Shown one piece after another: positions 1 through 11,970 of a stretch of DNA of 64,000 nt. This DNA comes from Neoechinorhynchus agilis (Eukaryota > Animalia > Acanthocephala), in contig CM121341.1 in the NCBI GenBank assembly GCA_051530055.1, positions 16,656,784-16,720,783 of the forward strand. Direction: 5' to 3'. Position 1 is the first letter of the stretch, and each line of letters starts with the position of its first letter. The notes under the pieces are model-generated. The model was not told the DNA's origin and did no database searches. It was given only the letters and a program-made list of their open reading frames with translations. Both the position numbers and the translations under genes were made by a program.

Positions 1-268
1 TTTTCCAAAATGGCCGCCAAACTACTATTTCTGATTTTTCGCTTAGCGTCAATGCAGATTGCAATCAATGTTTTTGTAATGAGTCACATTTCTGCAATGG
101 TAGCAGTCGAACGAGACTCATTTTTTTGTTTCAGGGCCAAGAATTGTACATTGTTTCCTCTCTCAAAGTTTACATGTGAAACCGAAAACCTAAAGAATGA
201 ATGTTCACATTCGTTCTATGACATTGAAAAGGTTCCTTTACTCTGTGCGCTAAAGAGGTCAGACATCA

Positions 269-1255
269 ATGGAGGAGTTCAATGTCGGGGGTCCTGGATC
301 TGCTTTTCATAAAGTCGAAACTGACGAAAAAGGGAGAAAGATGCACTCAATGAATCGTTTTGGTGGAATGTCAGGCGGCGTTGGATGGAACCCTGCGCCG
401 ACAATGGGGATGATGGGCTCCGGTATGAACACTGGAATGAACAGTGCTCTCATGGGCAGTCAAATGAATAGCGGTCTAGGTAGCTTTAGAGGGTTAAATG
501 CACTTAATGGTGGTGGTGGTAGGTTTGCGATTGCAGGTGGGGGATTGTGTGGTGGAATGGGTATTAGTGGAATGGGTATTGGTGGAACGGGTCAAGGAAT
601 GAACATGGGCTGCATGAATGGAATGAATATGATGCCCATCACCGGAGGTGGGTGGTCACCGTCTAATCAGAATCCATGGGCGAATCGTTCAGCGGGAGGA
701 ATGATGGGAGCTATACCTCAATGGAAACCATCAACCGGTAATCCGTTTATGGGCAACGATATGATGAACAGACAATGGCTTCCGTCATCTCGTACAGACC
801 CATTCATGAACTCGTCTTCAATGCCAAAATTTGTTGGCGGTGGACCTGCCACCCCAATACCGACTTGCTTACTGAATGGTGCAGTAAGGCCATCAACCCC
901 GTTTCCCAACTATTTTGGGGGAATGAAACGTTGTGACTATAATAATATGATGAGAAGTATGGGAAACCTTGCTTCGGAATGCAGGCCAAATAACCACTGG
1001 TCGCAAGCGCGAATGAGATCTCGTGCTCGAAGTTATAGTCCTCAATACTTCAATGGGTATTCAAGACGTGGTCAAGGAGGATTCGGTGGTTATCCCACGA
1101 AACCTCCTTACCCCCGCATGCCCGATCAATCATATGCAATGAAACCTTCAAAACATCGTAGACATAATCGTAATCCATGCGGAAATAATGGCTCTAACTT
1201 TGTTAATGACAACTTCCAAGTCATGTATAATCCAGGAGATAATTCAGATTATTAA
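269..1255 (+). CDS. Gly/Met/Asn-rich low-complexity protein (328-aa ORF; 5' exon structure uncertain)
   Basis: Long open frame with GGM/GMN-rich N-half and Arg/Pro/Tyr-rich C-half. The stop lies 17 nt from the convergent RDH stop. No recognisable domain. Confidence 0.55.
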   Translation: MEEFNVGGPGSAFHKVETDEKGRKMHSMNRFGGMSGGVGWNPAPTMGMMGSGMNTGMNSALMGSQMNSGLGSFRGLNALNGGGGRFAIAGGGLCGGMGISGMGIGGTGQGMNMGCMNGMNMMPITGGGWSPSNQNPWANRSAGGMMGAIPQWKPSTGNPFMGNDMMNRQWLPSSRTDPFMNSSSMPKFVGGGPATPIPTCLLNGAVRPSTPFPNYFGGMKRCDYNNMMRSMGNLASECRPNNHWSQARMRSRARSYSPQYFNGYSRRGQGGFGGYPTKPPYPRMPDQSYAMKPSKHRRHNRNPCGNNGSNFVNDNFQVMYNPGDNSDY

Positions 1256-1272
1256 ATTAAAGAAACTTATGA

Positions 1273-2356
1273 TTAATGTTTCCGTTCTATATCGCATACT
1301 TTCTGACTAAACTCGCATAGCTGCCTTGCAAACTGTGTGTCATTTTCTTCTCCATTGAACACATCATTCCATTTTTCGAGTCTACCGCCGCATCCAGTGA
1401 ACAAACAACCCGTAGAATTAGTCGACTCGTTAAGAAGACAGTGAGCCACCGTTTCACCAACATACTCAGCTGAATTGAACAACACCCATCCAACGCATTT
1501 CCAAGCCATAAAAACAAACGGGTTTGGGCCACAGTGACGACGGTGCATTTCGGTTATAACTATACCTGGGTGAAGAGCGTTCACACGAATACCCTCCATC
1601 GCCCGGCTCATGTGCCTTGTCGCGAGATTAAGTGCGTGCTTGCTCCTAGCGTACGCTTCTTGGCTACTGAACTCACTATCTGCAAAATTGATGTCGGCCA
1701 AATCAAAGGAGGCGCACCGACTGCTCAGGGTAGATGTAATATTCAATATGGACGGCTTTCGTTGGGATCTACGTAGCATCGTTTCGAATAACCTCGTCAA
1801 CATGTGAACTCAATGAATCTCCAATGAACGAGATTCACTGATTTTAAGGAGCAAGGTAATTCACTTGGAAATGATACTCAAAACCGTCGTCCGTCATACG
1901 CATCTTTTCATTTCGAGGACCGAAATATCCTGCTAGATTAAGTAAACAATCTAAAGAATTCTCAGTCTCCTCCACCTTCTTAAACAACCCACGAATACTT
2001 GCCATCGAAGACAAATCAACGTAAAATATTATTATCTCTCCTGTAAGAATATCCGCACGAATTTTGGTGGCTACATCGCGGGCTTTTGTTAGATCTCTTA
2101 CTGCCATGATTACTCGGGCATCGTGAATAAGAAGTGTTCGTACCAAATGAAAACCGATGCCACCGGTGGCGCCTGTCACGAGAACTGTCTTCTTTTCAGA
2201 GTTTAGAGCCGAACGTCGAAGGGCATTGAGGAGCATCCTTTGTCTCATAAATCTATTTAGCCATAAAACAGCCGCGGATCCACCAAACACCAGAATAGCA
2301 ACCGATACTATGGATCTGGGACGGCATTGTAATGAAAGTTGTTTTAAAAGTACCAT
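1273..2356 (-). CDS. Short-chain dehydrogenase/reductase, RDH11-14/WWOX-like, 2 exons
   Basis: N-terminal TM, then VLVTGATGGIG, NLAG, FQVNYLAP, YARSK and NALHPGIV motifs. Split across ORFs 1844-2356 and 1273-1803 by a 40-nt insert. Confidence 0.9.
1805..1844 (-). other. Candidate non-canonical hairpin intron (40 nt, AA...CA after exonic TA)
   Basis: Removal gives NYLAP-Y-MLTRL. 11-bp stem CAGTGAATCTC/GAGATTCATTG with 8-nt loop. No in-phase GT-AG keeps the motif. Confidence 0.7.
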
Positions 2357-2689
2357 CTGTAGACAACGGATGGAAGATTTGGTATGACGTCGTTTTGACA
2401 GGGTTTAACGACACATTTCGACCGAATATTTAATTGGTCCATTCCTGACTGAACTGGTAATAATGTCAATGTAACGCGTGTAAAATGGACTTTAAAAGAA
2501 ATTAATTCATCTTCTAAAGAGCAAAAATAGTAGAAAACCCCAATAAGCTTGGGATGTGCTTAGACAAGCCAATAATTACACTTTGATCAAAAAATTCCAA
2601 CGAAATGTCGCAATTTCGATCTAGCAAATATTGACATTGAGAAGGTGCTCCTAATTCTTTATAAAGAAAAAATAGCCTTAAGTTTAATT

Positions 2690-3590
2690 TCGCTAACTTT
2701 TAAATTTGTAAGTTTAACTTTTCAAACTGAGACATTTAAAAGGTTAATGTTTGGGCCGAAATTATTTTAATTTTTTGTGTCACGCCAAAATTGCTCCAAC
2801 AAATAGTTTCGAGGTGAGTTTTGTCAGCCTTTAAATTTGTAAACTGAACCATTTAGAGGGGGCAATCAGTTAGATGGATTTTCGGATAAAAACACTCATC
2901 ATTTAATGTATAACGCCGAAATGTCTCTAAAATAGTTTCGAGGTGAATTTTGTAAGCCTTTAAATTTGTTAACTGAACCATTTAGAGTGGGACAAACGGT
3001 AAGGCGGATTTTCGGATAAAAACAATCTTCATTTTCTGTATAACGCCACAATAGCTCGAAAAAATATTTTCGAGGTGAGATCTGCGAGCCTATACATTTG
3101 TAAACTGAACCATTTAGAGTGCGACAATCAGTAAGATCAATTTTCCGACAAAAACAATCGTCATTTTCTGTATAACGCCAAAATTTCTCTAAAAATGGTT
3201 TCGAGGTGAATTTTGTAAGACTTTAAAATTGTAAACTGAACCATTTAGAGTGGGACAAATGGTAAGACGGATTTTCCTGATAAAAACAATCGTCATTTTC
3301 TGTATAACGCCAAAATTTCTCTAAAAATTGTCTCGAGGTGAATTTTGTAAGCCTTTAAATTTGTAAATTGAACCATTTAGAGTGCGACAATCGGTAAGAT
3401 GGATTTTCCGATAAAAACACTTGTCATTTTCTCTATACCGCCAAAATGTATCTAAAAATAGTTTCGAGGCAAGTTTTGCCAGCCTATAAATCTGTAAACT
3501 GAACCACTTGGAATGGAACAAACTGTAAGGCGGATTTTCGGATAAAAGCACTTTTCATTTTGTGTATAACGCAAAAATTGCTCCAAAATG
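2690..3590. repeat. Tandem array, about 131-bp unit, about 6.5 diverged copies
   Basis: GAGG(T/C) anchor of TTTCGAGGTG recurs at 2811, 2940, 3072, 3203, 3335 and 3466, each followed by AAACTGAACCA(T/C)TT. Confidence 0.95.
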
Positions 3591-5183
3591 ATGAAGTTAT
3601 CGGATATTTTTTTGGCCTTAAATTTTAATTTTATGTTAGAAGATGGCTATTAAAGTGAGGTTAGTTGAGCCTTCTAGACGAATTCATCCGTCAAGCTAAA
3701 ACTCAAAGCCGAAACGTCAAAGTATTTGCGAGCTTACCACTCTCGCACTCGACCGATAGGCTCGTAGAAATTATTCGAAAAGAGTTTTTGTGGATTTCTC
3801 CCTTAAAAATTCACCACCTTTATCGTCAGCAATCTCGAAAGAAGCTAGAATCAAGGTTTAATTGGTAAGTGTTCGGGAAACCAATACTTCTCAAAATGTG
3901 AACTTGCAGGTCTTTCAAACGATGAGTGCGGGCGGTGCTTTTGATGGTCGCGATGGTATTTTGAGTTCCAAGAGGTAATTGTAGAAATGATTAGCGTGTA
4001 ATTTGACGATTATTTTGGCATATTCGCGATTTCAATTACAGGAAATCAATTTTTCTTTTAAAGTCTTTATGGCGATGATCTATACTGTCAGTTCCTTTGG
4101 AGAACACCCACGTTTACTTTTTGGGTCTTTGGTTTCTTCGGGCACGTAAGATAAACTCCCTTTTACAGGGAAATAAAGGTCGAAAAGTTTTGACAAATGA
4201 TTTTCCGATGAGCAGCGGCACTAGGGATATTTGAATCATTTTAGCTAAAGCTACACTACCGTTGACTCATTTGGTTTTTTTAACTCGTAAACGCTTAAAA
4301 CTGTGCGCGTTGCTTCTCAATAACCGATCAATGCATTGCGAGATGTTCAAATGTAAGATTGTTGATCGAACAACTTAAGGGTAGTCTGGGGTTTTCTAAC
4401 AAAAACCGATTGCATCCTTGGAACAGACCTAATAGTTTTATTGAGGAAATCTCGTATTGAAGACTATTCCGAAGAGCTATATCTTTTTTTTTGTAGAATC
4501 GAGGACGACGGCTACAATAATTTAGTGCTTTTGATTTACACTACTAAGAACTCATCAATAGTGAGATAACGGTTTGTTTTGACACCTTACAAAAACCTTT
4601 GTAAGCTCCGAAGCAATCACGTAATTTTTGTACACTCACTGTGTAAACCGAAAGCGCTCGGTGAACCCCCCCCCGCCCCGCACCTCCCGTGATCATTGTG
4701 TTATTTCAAAGATTTTTCTGTGCTGTCGATGCCGACTTTTATAGCAGCTGATACACTTTACTTTCGCTACTCGAGTTGTAGCTTCCGTAGAAACGTTTAA
4801 TTAAAAAATGCCCATGAGCTCATTTGTTCCTTACAATTGTTAACCGTTTTATATAAACCCTTTATTTCCAGCTAGGAGGAAACAGCGGAAAACTAACGAT
4901 CCAAGGAATTTAATCGCCTTCCGTCTACTTACATCAATTAAATCCACCGACCAAAAGAAACCTTTTAGTAATTTTATCCTTTAACGTTTCGCGTTTATAA
5001 GTTTACTGGGTGATTTAGGGTTGGATTTTGGGATGACTAATTAAAAATTTACATGGCCGAACGCAATTTAGTTTTTATTAGATGTTTTTTAGAAAATGAT
5101 TTGATTTTATGTTAGAGTATGAATTACGGTGGTGATAATCCCGGACAAAACATATTTTATTGAGATATTTTGTTACATAACCT

Positions 5184-5328
5184 CTTCAGTCATCAAAAAA
5201 AGTTTTAGTTGTTTTGTATTGTATGGATCGGGTTTTTGCGGCATGGTCCGATGTTCGGAGACCGTATGTCCATAACCCAAACTATCCAATACAAAAACAA
5301 CTAAAACTTTTTTAGATGACTGATGAAG
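5184..5328. mobile_element. Foldback/MITE-like palindrome
   Basis: CTTCAGTCATCAAAAAAAGTTTTAGTTGTTTTGTATTG ... CAATACAAAAACAACTAAAACTTTTTTAGATGACTGATGAAG inverted arms. Confidence 0.75.
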
Positions 5329-5954
5329 TTAGGCTTCCTCGCGAAATATTTCAAATTAGCAAAATAAATTTCGACTTAACGTTGTCAATACGGAAAGATT
5401 TTTTGTTTTGGAAACCGAGAATATTGTAGAAACCGTCTCAAGTTAACAATTTGCTTAATCGATAGCTTTGAAAATCGAATTAGTTCCTTAACTCTTAATT
5501 CTTTTTTGTTCAATAACACCGATAATGATTTTTATCGCCGATTTTTAGCTAACACTTTTGGAACCTTTTGAGACTCATGAAATTATAGGAATGCTGACGT
5601 GTTTAAAGAGAATTGTGCGACAAACTTTTTTATGAGCAAACCTTATGATTTTCTCTCAGAATGTTTTAGATATGAGAAATTTTAAAAATGCTAATTTCCA
5701 TTAAAAAAGATGGCGCATGCTTGTTCAATTATTTAATAAGTTCCAATCGAGGCGGTAAGACTTTTTTCTCTGATAAACCCAAAAAATCTTAAAAATATTG
5801 CAAAAAATTGTTAACAATTTCGAAACGGTGGAACATAAAAAGATAGACGAAGCGTAGCTTTAAAGTATGATGACGTGAAAATCCATCATAGAAAATAATT
5901 ATTTGTTTGCGATTTGCTTTTATTTTTGCGCTTTTCATAATTATAAATATTGGA

Positions 5955-6170
5955 AATGCCGATATGTGAGGTACGGGGGAATGTGATTAAAATTATTGTT
6001 CAGAAGTCTTCACCCGAGGTAAATGATTATTTATTAAAGACCTTTGGAACCTCGTCGGGTTCATCATCAGTTTGTTAGTAATAGACGATCGAAAGCGTCT
6101 GAACCCGACGAGGTTCTAAACATCTTTAATAAATAATCATTTAGCGGGTGTAGGCCTAAACAATAATTCC
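5955..6170. mobile_element. Palindromic non-autonomous Penelope-type terminal-repeat derivative with degenerate hammerhead-like motif on the minus strand
   Basis: Inverted arms sharing TAAATGATTATTTATTAAAGA...AACCTCGTCGGGTTCA. Homologous to 39925-40195, 59100-59150, 60000-60075 and 61300-61385. Confidence 0.7.
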
Positions 6171-7084
6171 TATAAATATTGCATTTTTGCAATTTAAAAT
6201 TGATTTGCTAATCTTTCAATATATGGACAAATGTTTTCGTTTTTTATGGGTCATTTCAGAATGCATTCTGCATCGGATAAATGCATAGAGTAAGGTCGCA
6301 ATTTCTCCTCCGCTGCTATGGGTTCTTAAGACTGAGCATTTTTGTTGCGGGTAAGGCCGTATCGACTTTTCTTGTTAGCTCAATACTCTGATCTACCTCA
6401 ATGAGTTTTAATACGATTTTTTGAATTATGTGTTAATCGACATTACACTTCCAATTTTTTCCGTTTCTCCCGTTCAGTATTGATAGTAAAAGATTTTTTC
6501 GCTTTCTTTACTTTTCCTTTCCGATGGTTCAACAAACTGAGGAGCCGAATAAGACCTCTATTTTTCAAATCCGCTACTTTTTATGGTCAATCTCTTCTTT
6601 GATTGGAAACATCGATTGTGTGCGTGTCTGCTTAAAGATGAATATTGCGCGTTGTATTCATTGTTGCGTACTTGTTTACATTCCGTTATTTTGCAACAGT
6701 TTCGAATATTCCTCACTTTTTCTTGACTTTCGGGTACTTCTTTCGTACGAACCCGTTATTCTGGACTGCTGCAAACCATTAATCGTCCACTTTTGCCCTC
6801 TAACAATCCATGCTCCACAAACCAAGTCAAACGGCGCAATTTGAACACATTTATGCGTGTGAGATTGTGCCTCTCTCCGCTCCTTTTCTCCCTCTCCCGT
6901 GTGTGTTTGTGTGTGTGATGTAGTCTCGTTCTACAAAACGATGACAGTCGAAACAGAACGAAGGAATATTTTGTTCCCACCGCCACCATCGCTACAAGTT
7001 CCTTTATGCCACCTACGCATTCGAAATCGACAAATTGCAGAAGATCGCCGGGTTAAGCATCTTGGCTCGCACACCCACGGCTAG

Positions 7085-7831
7085 ATGAACGGACAACAAT
7101 CTTCGCCCAAAACTACAGATTCTGCCACAACCAAGCCAAATGAACCATGCAAAAATATGTGCGGATTTTATGGATCAGAAGCCTGTGACGGTCTCTGTTC
7201 CGTCTGCTATAAAGCCAAACTACAAAAGGAGCAATCTGCCGCAGTCACCTCAGACCAGAAAGTTGGTAAGTGTACACTATTCCCAATCGAAATACGATTT
7301 TTCATACGTGGTTGTCATGGAAACTGCTTAGTGATCTAAAGTGATTTAGTTATCATAGTAACCGTGTTCGAATGTTCACTCTTTTGTCTGTATTAGTTTG
7401 TTAAGTTGGTCTTTTGCAGCCCCTTAACGACGATGCCTCCTAACATTTCGCCATCTTCGACATCTAATTCAGAAACGACGAAAGTGACGGGTAACAACGA
7501 GGATGCGATGACACCGTCCGTAGAGACAGTCTCTGTCAATACCCCTGGACCGAATCCAGAAACGGAACTTCAACAAAAAACCCAAGTTGATATATTGAAT
7601 GCCGCTGCTGCTGTTGACGATAAGCCGGCTGCTAAAAAGGCGACCCGTTGTATGGTTTGCAACAAGAAACTCGGGTTAACTGGATTCGCCTGCAATTGTG
7701 GTGGATTTTATTGTGGTCTCCACAGGTACGCAGATACTCACAATTGCACTTTTGATTATAGAAGTCACGGGCGGGAACAAATTCGCAAGAACAATCCTGC
7801 CGTCCAAGGTGAAAAGGTTCCCAAGATTTGA
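7085..7831 (+). CDS. A20/AN1 zinc-finger protein (ZFAND5/6-like), 2 exons
   Basis: A20 finger CKNMCGFYG...CSVCYK and AN1 finger CMVCNKKLGLTGFACNCGGFYCGLHRY. GT-AG intron likely 7266-7472. Confidence 0.92.
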
Positions 7832-9363
7832 GAGTGTGATTGAAAAGGAGATTAAAAACTTAGCGCATGAATGAGAGATCGTCAGACAGAAACACTCACA
7901 AACACATCGATAACGTTCTGCGTGTTGCGATTATGAGCGCTTCTAAAATGAATGTTTTTCGCGCGAGAACTGGCCCTGATTGACAGCAAAACCCTCCATG
8001 TATGAACTTTTTAGATAATGTATTTTAACTAGTCGTGACATCATCTCTGTAATGTCCGCAGATTCACATGTCAAAAGTTTGTTCAAATCAAGAGAAACAT
8101 TAGGCTAATAATCACAGTTCCAATGCGATTAGCAGTTCTCTGTTCTTGATGGCCGCAATTTTTGTTGGAATTCCAAACATCTCTTCTTTTTTATTTTAGG
8201 ATTAATCTTGTGTGTCTCTTAGATTCCAAATCTATTAAAAAAATTTGATCTTTCAAATCCTGCACACAAATATAAATCTGAAAAGCGTGCTTTAACAAAT
8301 TGCCCCGTTGTCTTCCAACCCGCTCATATTCATCCTATCAGTGAAAATGAACGAATTAACTTGTTTTTGAATTAAACATTTTGTTATCGTTAAAAAGCTG
8401 CAAGAACTATATTGTCTCTGTTTTTGTTCCTTGTATTATCGACCATCATAATTTAAAGCTTATTTTTGAAGCAGGAATCAAATAGTACTTCCATGTGGCA
8501 TCTTAAGGTTAAGGCCGATTTCACCTGCATACACCGTTTTTTGTTGCTATACTCATATATGTCTATTATCTCTAAGCTTTAAAGCAGCAAATGAATAATT
8601 TCATTATAAATCACAATTTTCCATCTTTTTAAAGCACCCGCTGTTCATTTTGTCACTCAAAAACATCTAATACAATTGTGTTGCTGTCACAGCCGTCATT
8701 TGAAGGTAAATTGCGCCCGTAAACATTGCGCCCCAGTTTCAGCCTCGAAGTACACTTGCTGGGATTTTAATTGTCATGAAAAAATGCAAAATGAATGTAT
8801 TTTATTGCGAATTGTAATAGAAGTACATCTTCGCATAATCCGTTGCCTTGCACAGATTTCTAACGTCTTAAGTGGCGAAAATTTTCGTTATTTCCACAAA
8901 ACTGGGATTTCGCAATATATGTTTATTAAAGACAAGAATATGAAATGTCATGATTCACATAGAGTCGCTCATGCTTGCCAGCGAGATATCAACGATGTAG
9001 ATTTCACATTTATTAAAAAACTACCAGATAATCAAAATCCTTTGTTAACCGCAGCTCTCTGTGTAACTCACAATATATGAATACTATGCATCGAAAATCT
9101 AGATTGGATTATTGAACAGGGACCAACAAATATCGTTCATTTGTATCATTTGAGAAATTAGGAGCTAAATGGTCAAGGGTAAATCCAAAAATGCTCTTAT
9201 TTGTTTCTTATTTGTACAACAAGCATCAGAACTAAAAATGCTCTTAGGTACTACTGAACATTATGAGTTAGTGTCAATATGTGAGGTACCCGGGGTCAAC
9301 AACGAATGAGGCAAACAATCAAAACCCTTTTGACTTCCAATAGATCAGGTTTTATAATTTCTC

Positions 9364-11106
9364 TCAGGAAAAAGACAAAAGTCTATCATTCCCAAAGTCT
9401 ACCACCAGTAGAGACCCCTGCGGAGAAACACAAACTCCACATGGCCGATCCATTTGGTCTCCTTCACCGCTTCCATTTCGCCCTATGACGTGTTTCACAA
9501 ATCCATCGCGACCAAACACTTGAATCCGATAATTGCGAGAATCTGCTACGATTATGTATCCATTTGCGTCAACGTCTACGCCTTGAGGGCGCATGAGGCA
9601 ACCAACAGGATTACCTGCTGTCCCTATGAGAAGTTGAAGTCTCATGTTGATATCCAAAATGATGATATGGTGTCTATCAAAATCAGTAGTCACTATTCGA
9701 TTGTCTTGAGTAAAGGCCACGCCTCGAGGAGATATAGTTGAAGTTGCTGATCTCATTCCTCCTCCGTATTTAGACAAAAAAGATCCATTTTGATCGAATA
9801 ATTGTAAGCGATAGTTTTTAGTGTCACTAATCACAATTTGGCTATCGTAATTGACGGCCACATCCCATGGATAACGAAAATAACCATCTCGATATCCATG
9901 TTGACCAAAAACGAACAGTGGCTTCACAACAACCCCCTTTATGCATGCATGTTCTATGAGTTGAGACTTTGCTCTATGAATATCATTGATTGAAAATACC
10001 TGTATACGATGATTATCTTTGTCAACAACAATAAGTCGTCGCAAATTCTTGTCATACGTTAGTCCACTTGGATGGTCAAAGTATCCAGGATTAGTGCCAG
10101 GTAAACCAAAAGACATGATGATTTCCAAATTCGAGTTAAAGATCTTTACCTGATTACTCCAACGATCGCCAACAAAAATGTTTCCGTCCAAATCGCAGCA
10201 AACACCCCAAGGATGACTCAGTGATCCCGTTTTCTTCTCATCATCAGACGAATCTGAAATTCTCGAATCGGTAGAACCTCTTCTAATAGAATATTTTGGC
10301 ACTGATTCATCTGATGGGTTGACATAAATGAGTAACGGCTTCTTTAAAATTGGTTCCCCATTTGCAACAATCGTTATCATAGTATTTCCGGTTTGATTAA
10401 ACGGAATGGAGATGGAATAAGTCCCATCGGTGTGATCGGTGATTTCTTTAGGAAAACAGTACGCATTGGAACCGTCCATTGACTCTATTAAGGCGTCAAA
10501 TACATCTCCACCGCAATTTCGTTTTCGTCCCATCTCATCCTTCGCTTCGATCATAATAACAAAATTTTCTCCTATCTTAGCTTTCACAAAATCAGTTCGA
10601 ATAATATCGAAACTGTGACCTTTTGTTTCCTCAACAAAAAATCCAAAATTTTGAACCTCTTTGAGCAAGCTGTTAAAGTTGTCTACACCGAAACGCAAAT
10701 CGCGAAGTTTCCTCAACGTGTCCGTTCCAGTGTGAAACAAATCGGGTTCTCTTCCTCTCTCAAAATCGCCATTATCTTCCCTAAGATTAGCATCGTAACC
10801 GAACTTCTCCCGAAGATTCTCCAACAGCAAACGTCTTCGAGCATCAATAGCTTCAAGCATCACATTGAATGAATTTTTCATTTCCAATAAGACTCTATCA
10901 TTTAATTCCTGGTTGGTATTCGAAGAGCCTAAAGGGTTATCCAGTCCTTCAGGCAAAGATGGCATTGGAAAGAGCAAGTTGTGTCCTGTTCGAAATGTCA
11001 TTTGATAAAGACGACTGATCGAGAGGGACAGATCAAAGTATTCACTCCTATGAGCCACTTGGAGACTCAATTTAAATACTACGAACAAATAACAAATTGT
11101 TTTCAA
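9364..11106 (-). CDS. TRIM71: TRIM71/lin-41-like protein: coiled coil, filamin repeat, six NHL repeats (true start uncertain)
   Basis: NHL repeats HPWGV, DKDNHRIQVF, RYPWDVAVN and the C-terminal QMDRPCG...VVDFGNDR match the lin-41 pattern; filamin domain present. No clear RING or B-box. Confidence 0.8.
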   Translation of the reverse strand: MKTICYLFVVFKLSLQVAHRSEYFDLSLSISRLYQMTFRTGHNLLFPMPSLPEGLDNPLGSSNTNQELNDRVLLEMKNSFNVMLEAIDARRRLLLENLREKFGYDANLREDNGDFERGREPDLFHTGTDTLRKLRDLRFGVDNFNSLLKEVQNFGFFVEETKGHSFDIIRTDFVKAKIGENFVIMIEAKDEMGRKRNCGGDVFDALIESMDGSNAYCFPKEITDHTDGTYSISIPFNQTGNTMITIVANGEPILKKPLLIYVNPSDESVPKYSIRRGSTDSRISDSSDDEKKTGSLSHPWGVCCDLDGNIFVGDRWSNQVKIFNSNLEIIMSFGLPGTNPGYFDHPSGLTYDKNLRRLIVVDKDNHRIQVFSINDIHRAKSQLIEHACIKGVVVKPLFVFGQHGYRDGYFRYPWDVAVNYDSQIVISDTKNYRLQLFDQNGSFLSKYGGGMRSATSTISPRGVAFTQDNRIVTTDFDRHHIIILDINMRLQLLIGTAGNPVGCLMRPQGVDVDANGYIIVADSRNYRIQVFGRDGFVKHVIGRNGSGEGDQMDRPCGVCVSPQGSLLVVDFGNDRLLSFS

Positions 11107-11494
11107 CCAAGATACTCAAACTGATATGACGAATCAAAACATTTGCATGTCATAAGCGTTTTTGAGATTTGTGAACAAATATATCAGATACATATGTGCA
11201 ATTATTTATAAATTTAAAAGTGATTTCCAGGAAAAAATTAAAGCGGGATAAAATGTTAAACCATACAATCCAGTGCCAATTTTTAAAAATGTAATTGTTA
11301 TTGCCGTAAAAGAATAACTATACCGTCTTAAATTCAATGACCACAAATGCTCACAATTTAAAATAACAATTAAACAATATTTAAAGTAAAGTTCGAGAAC
11401 GTGACATTCAGATAAAAGCTGAATCACTATTTGTGCCGTTTCGGCGTGGACACGCTCGCAGCCAGCGACATAAAATTCTAAACTATTAAACAAG

Positions 11495-11720
11495 GGGGAT
11501 CAGCAACCGCCGCTGAGGATTGCAAAAGGACAAAATACAGGGACCTGAGTCGAAATCATTATTTTGTTCCCTTTGGCGCCGAGACACTCGGGTGGTTTGG
11601 TACCGCGGCACAGAACCTGGTCAAGCAATTGTCCAAGAGACCTACAAAACATAAGTCTGGCTGTGCAACGGGGGGGGAACGCTGCATCCGTCCTTTCGAC
11701 CGTTACACCAGGACGGCAGC
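11495..11720 (+). mobile_element. CRE-clade non-LTR retrotransposon fragment (restriction-like endonuclease C-terminus), frameshifted
   Basis: Translates GSATAAEDCKRTKYRDL...FVPFGAETLG and, after a frameshift, SLAVQRG.NAASVL. Confidence 0.7.
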
Positions 11721-11755
11721 TGATTGGTCCAGAGCAGTGGTATGAATGATTTCTG

Positions 11756-11960
11756 CTACGATCTTTGTATACGAGCAGTTATTTCGGGTTCGAGCGAATT
11801 TGTCACATTTACTTCTTTGCCTAGATATTTCACTGTTCGTCTCATCGTCAAATCCACATACTCTAGCCTTAACGTTTCCGGTCCCATGCACATCGTCTTC
11901 AACCTGTTTACCCTGAGACCCTTCCAGACTTCGCTGAACCTCTTCACGTGTATGACAAAA
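11756..11960 (-). mobile_element. RTE/L2-like LINE reverse-transcriptase C-terminal fragment
   Basis: GLRVNRLKTMCM...VKYLG...EITARIQ resembles the GL.IN..KT...YLG...EI..RI LINE RT pattern. Confidence 0.65.
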
Positions 11961-11970
11961 GTGCAGGATC

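Noticed and set aside
3643-4180. Possible small multi-exon gene (GTAAGT, TTGCAG, GTAATT and TACAG signals; ORF 3665-3868)
   Set aside because: I could not build a consistent reading frame or recognise a family. Left unannotated, although a gene may exist.
4673-4690. C-rich tract, potential G-quadruplex on the minus strand
   Set aside because: A single short tract with no supporting context; it could be a GC box or chance.
8676-9080. 134-aa ORF (similarly 44727-45209, 54303-54710, 55608-56018, 48749-49108, 38452-38736)
   Set aside because: Non-ATG starts or AT-rich intronic/intergenic or antisense positions, with no recognisable motifs; treated as chance ORFs.
9915-9990. Insertion of about 19 aa between TRIM71 NHL repeats as a hidden in-frame intron
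   Set aside because: No terminal inverted repeat or TA/CA boundary; more simply a loop insertion.
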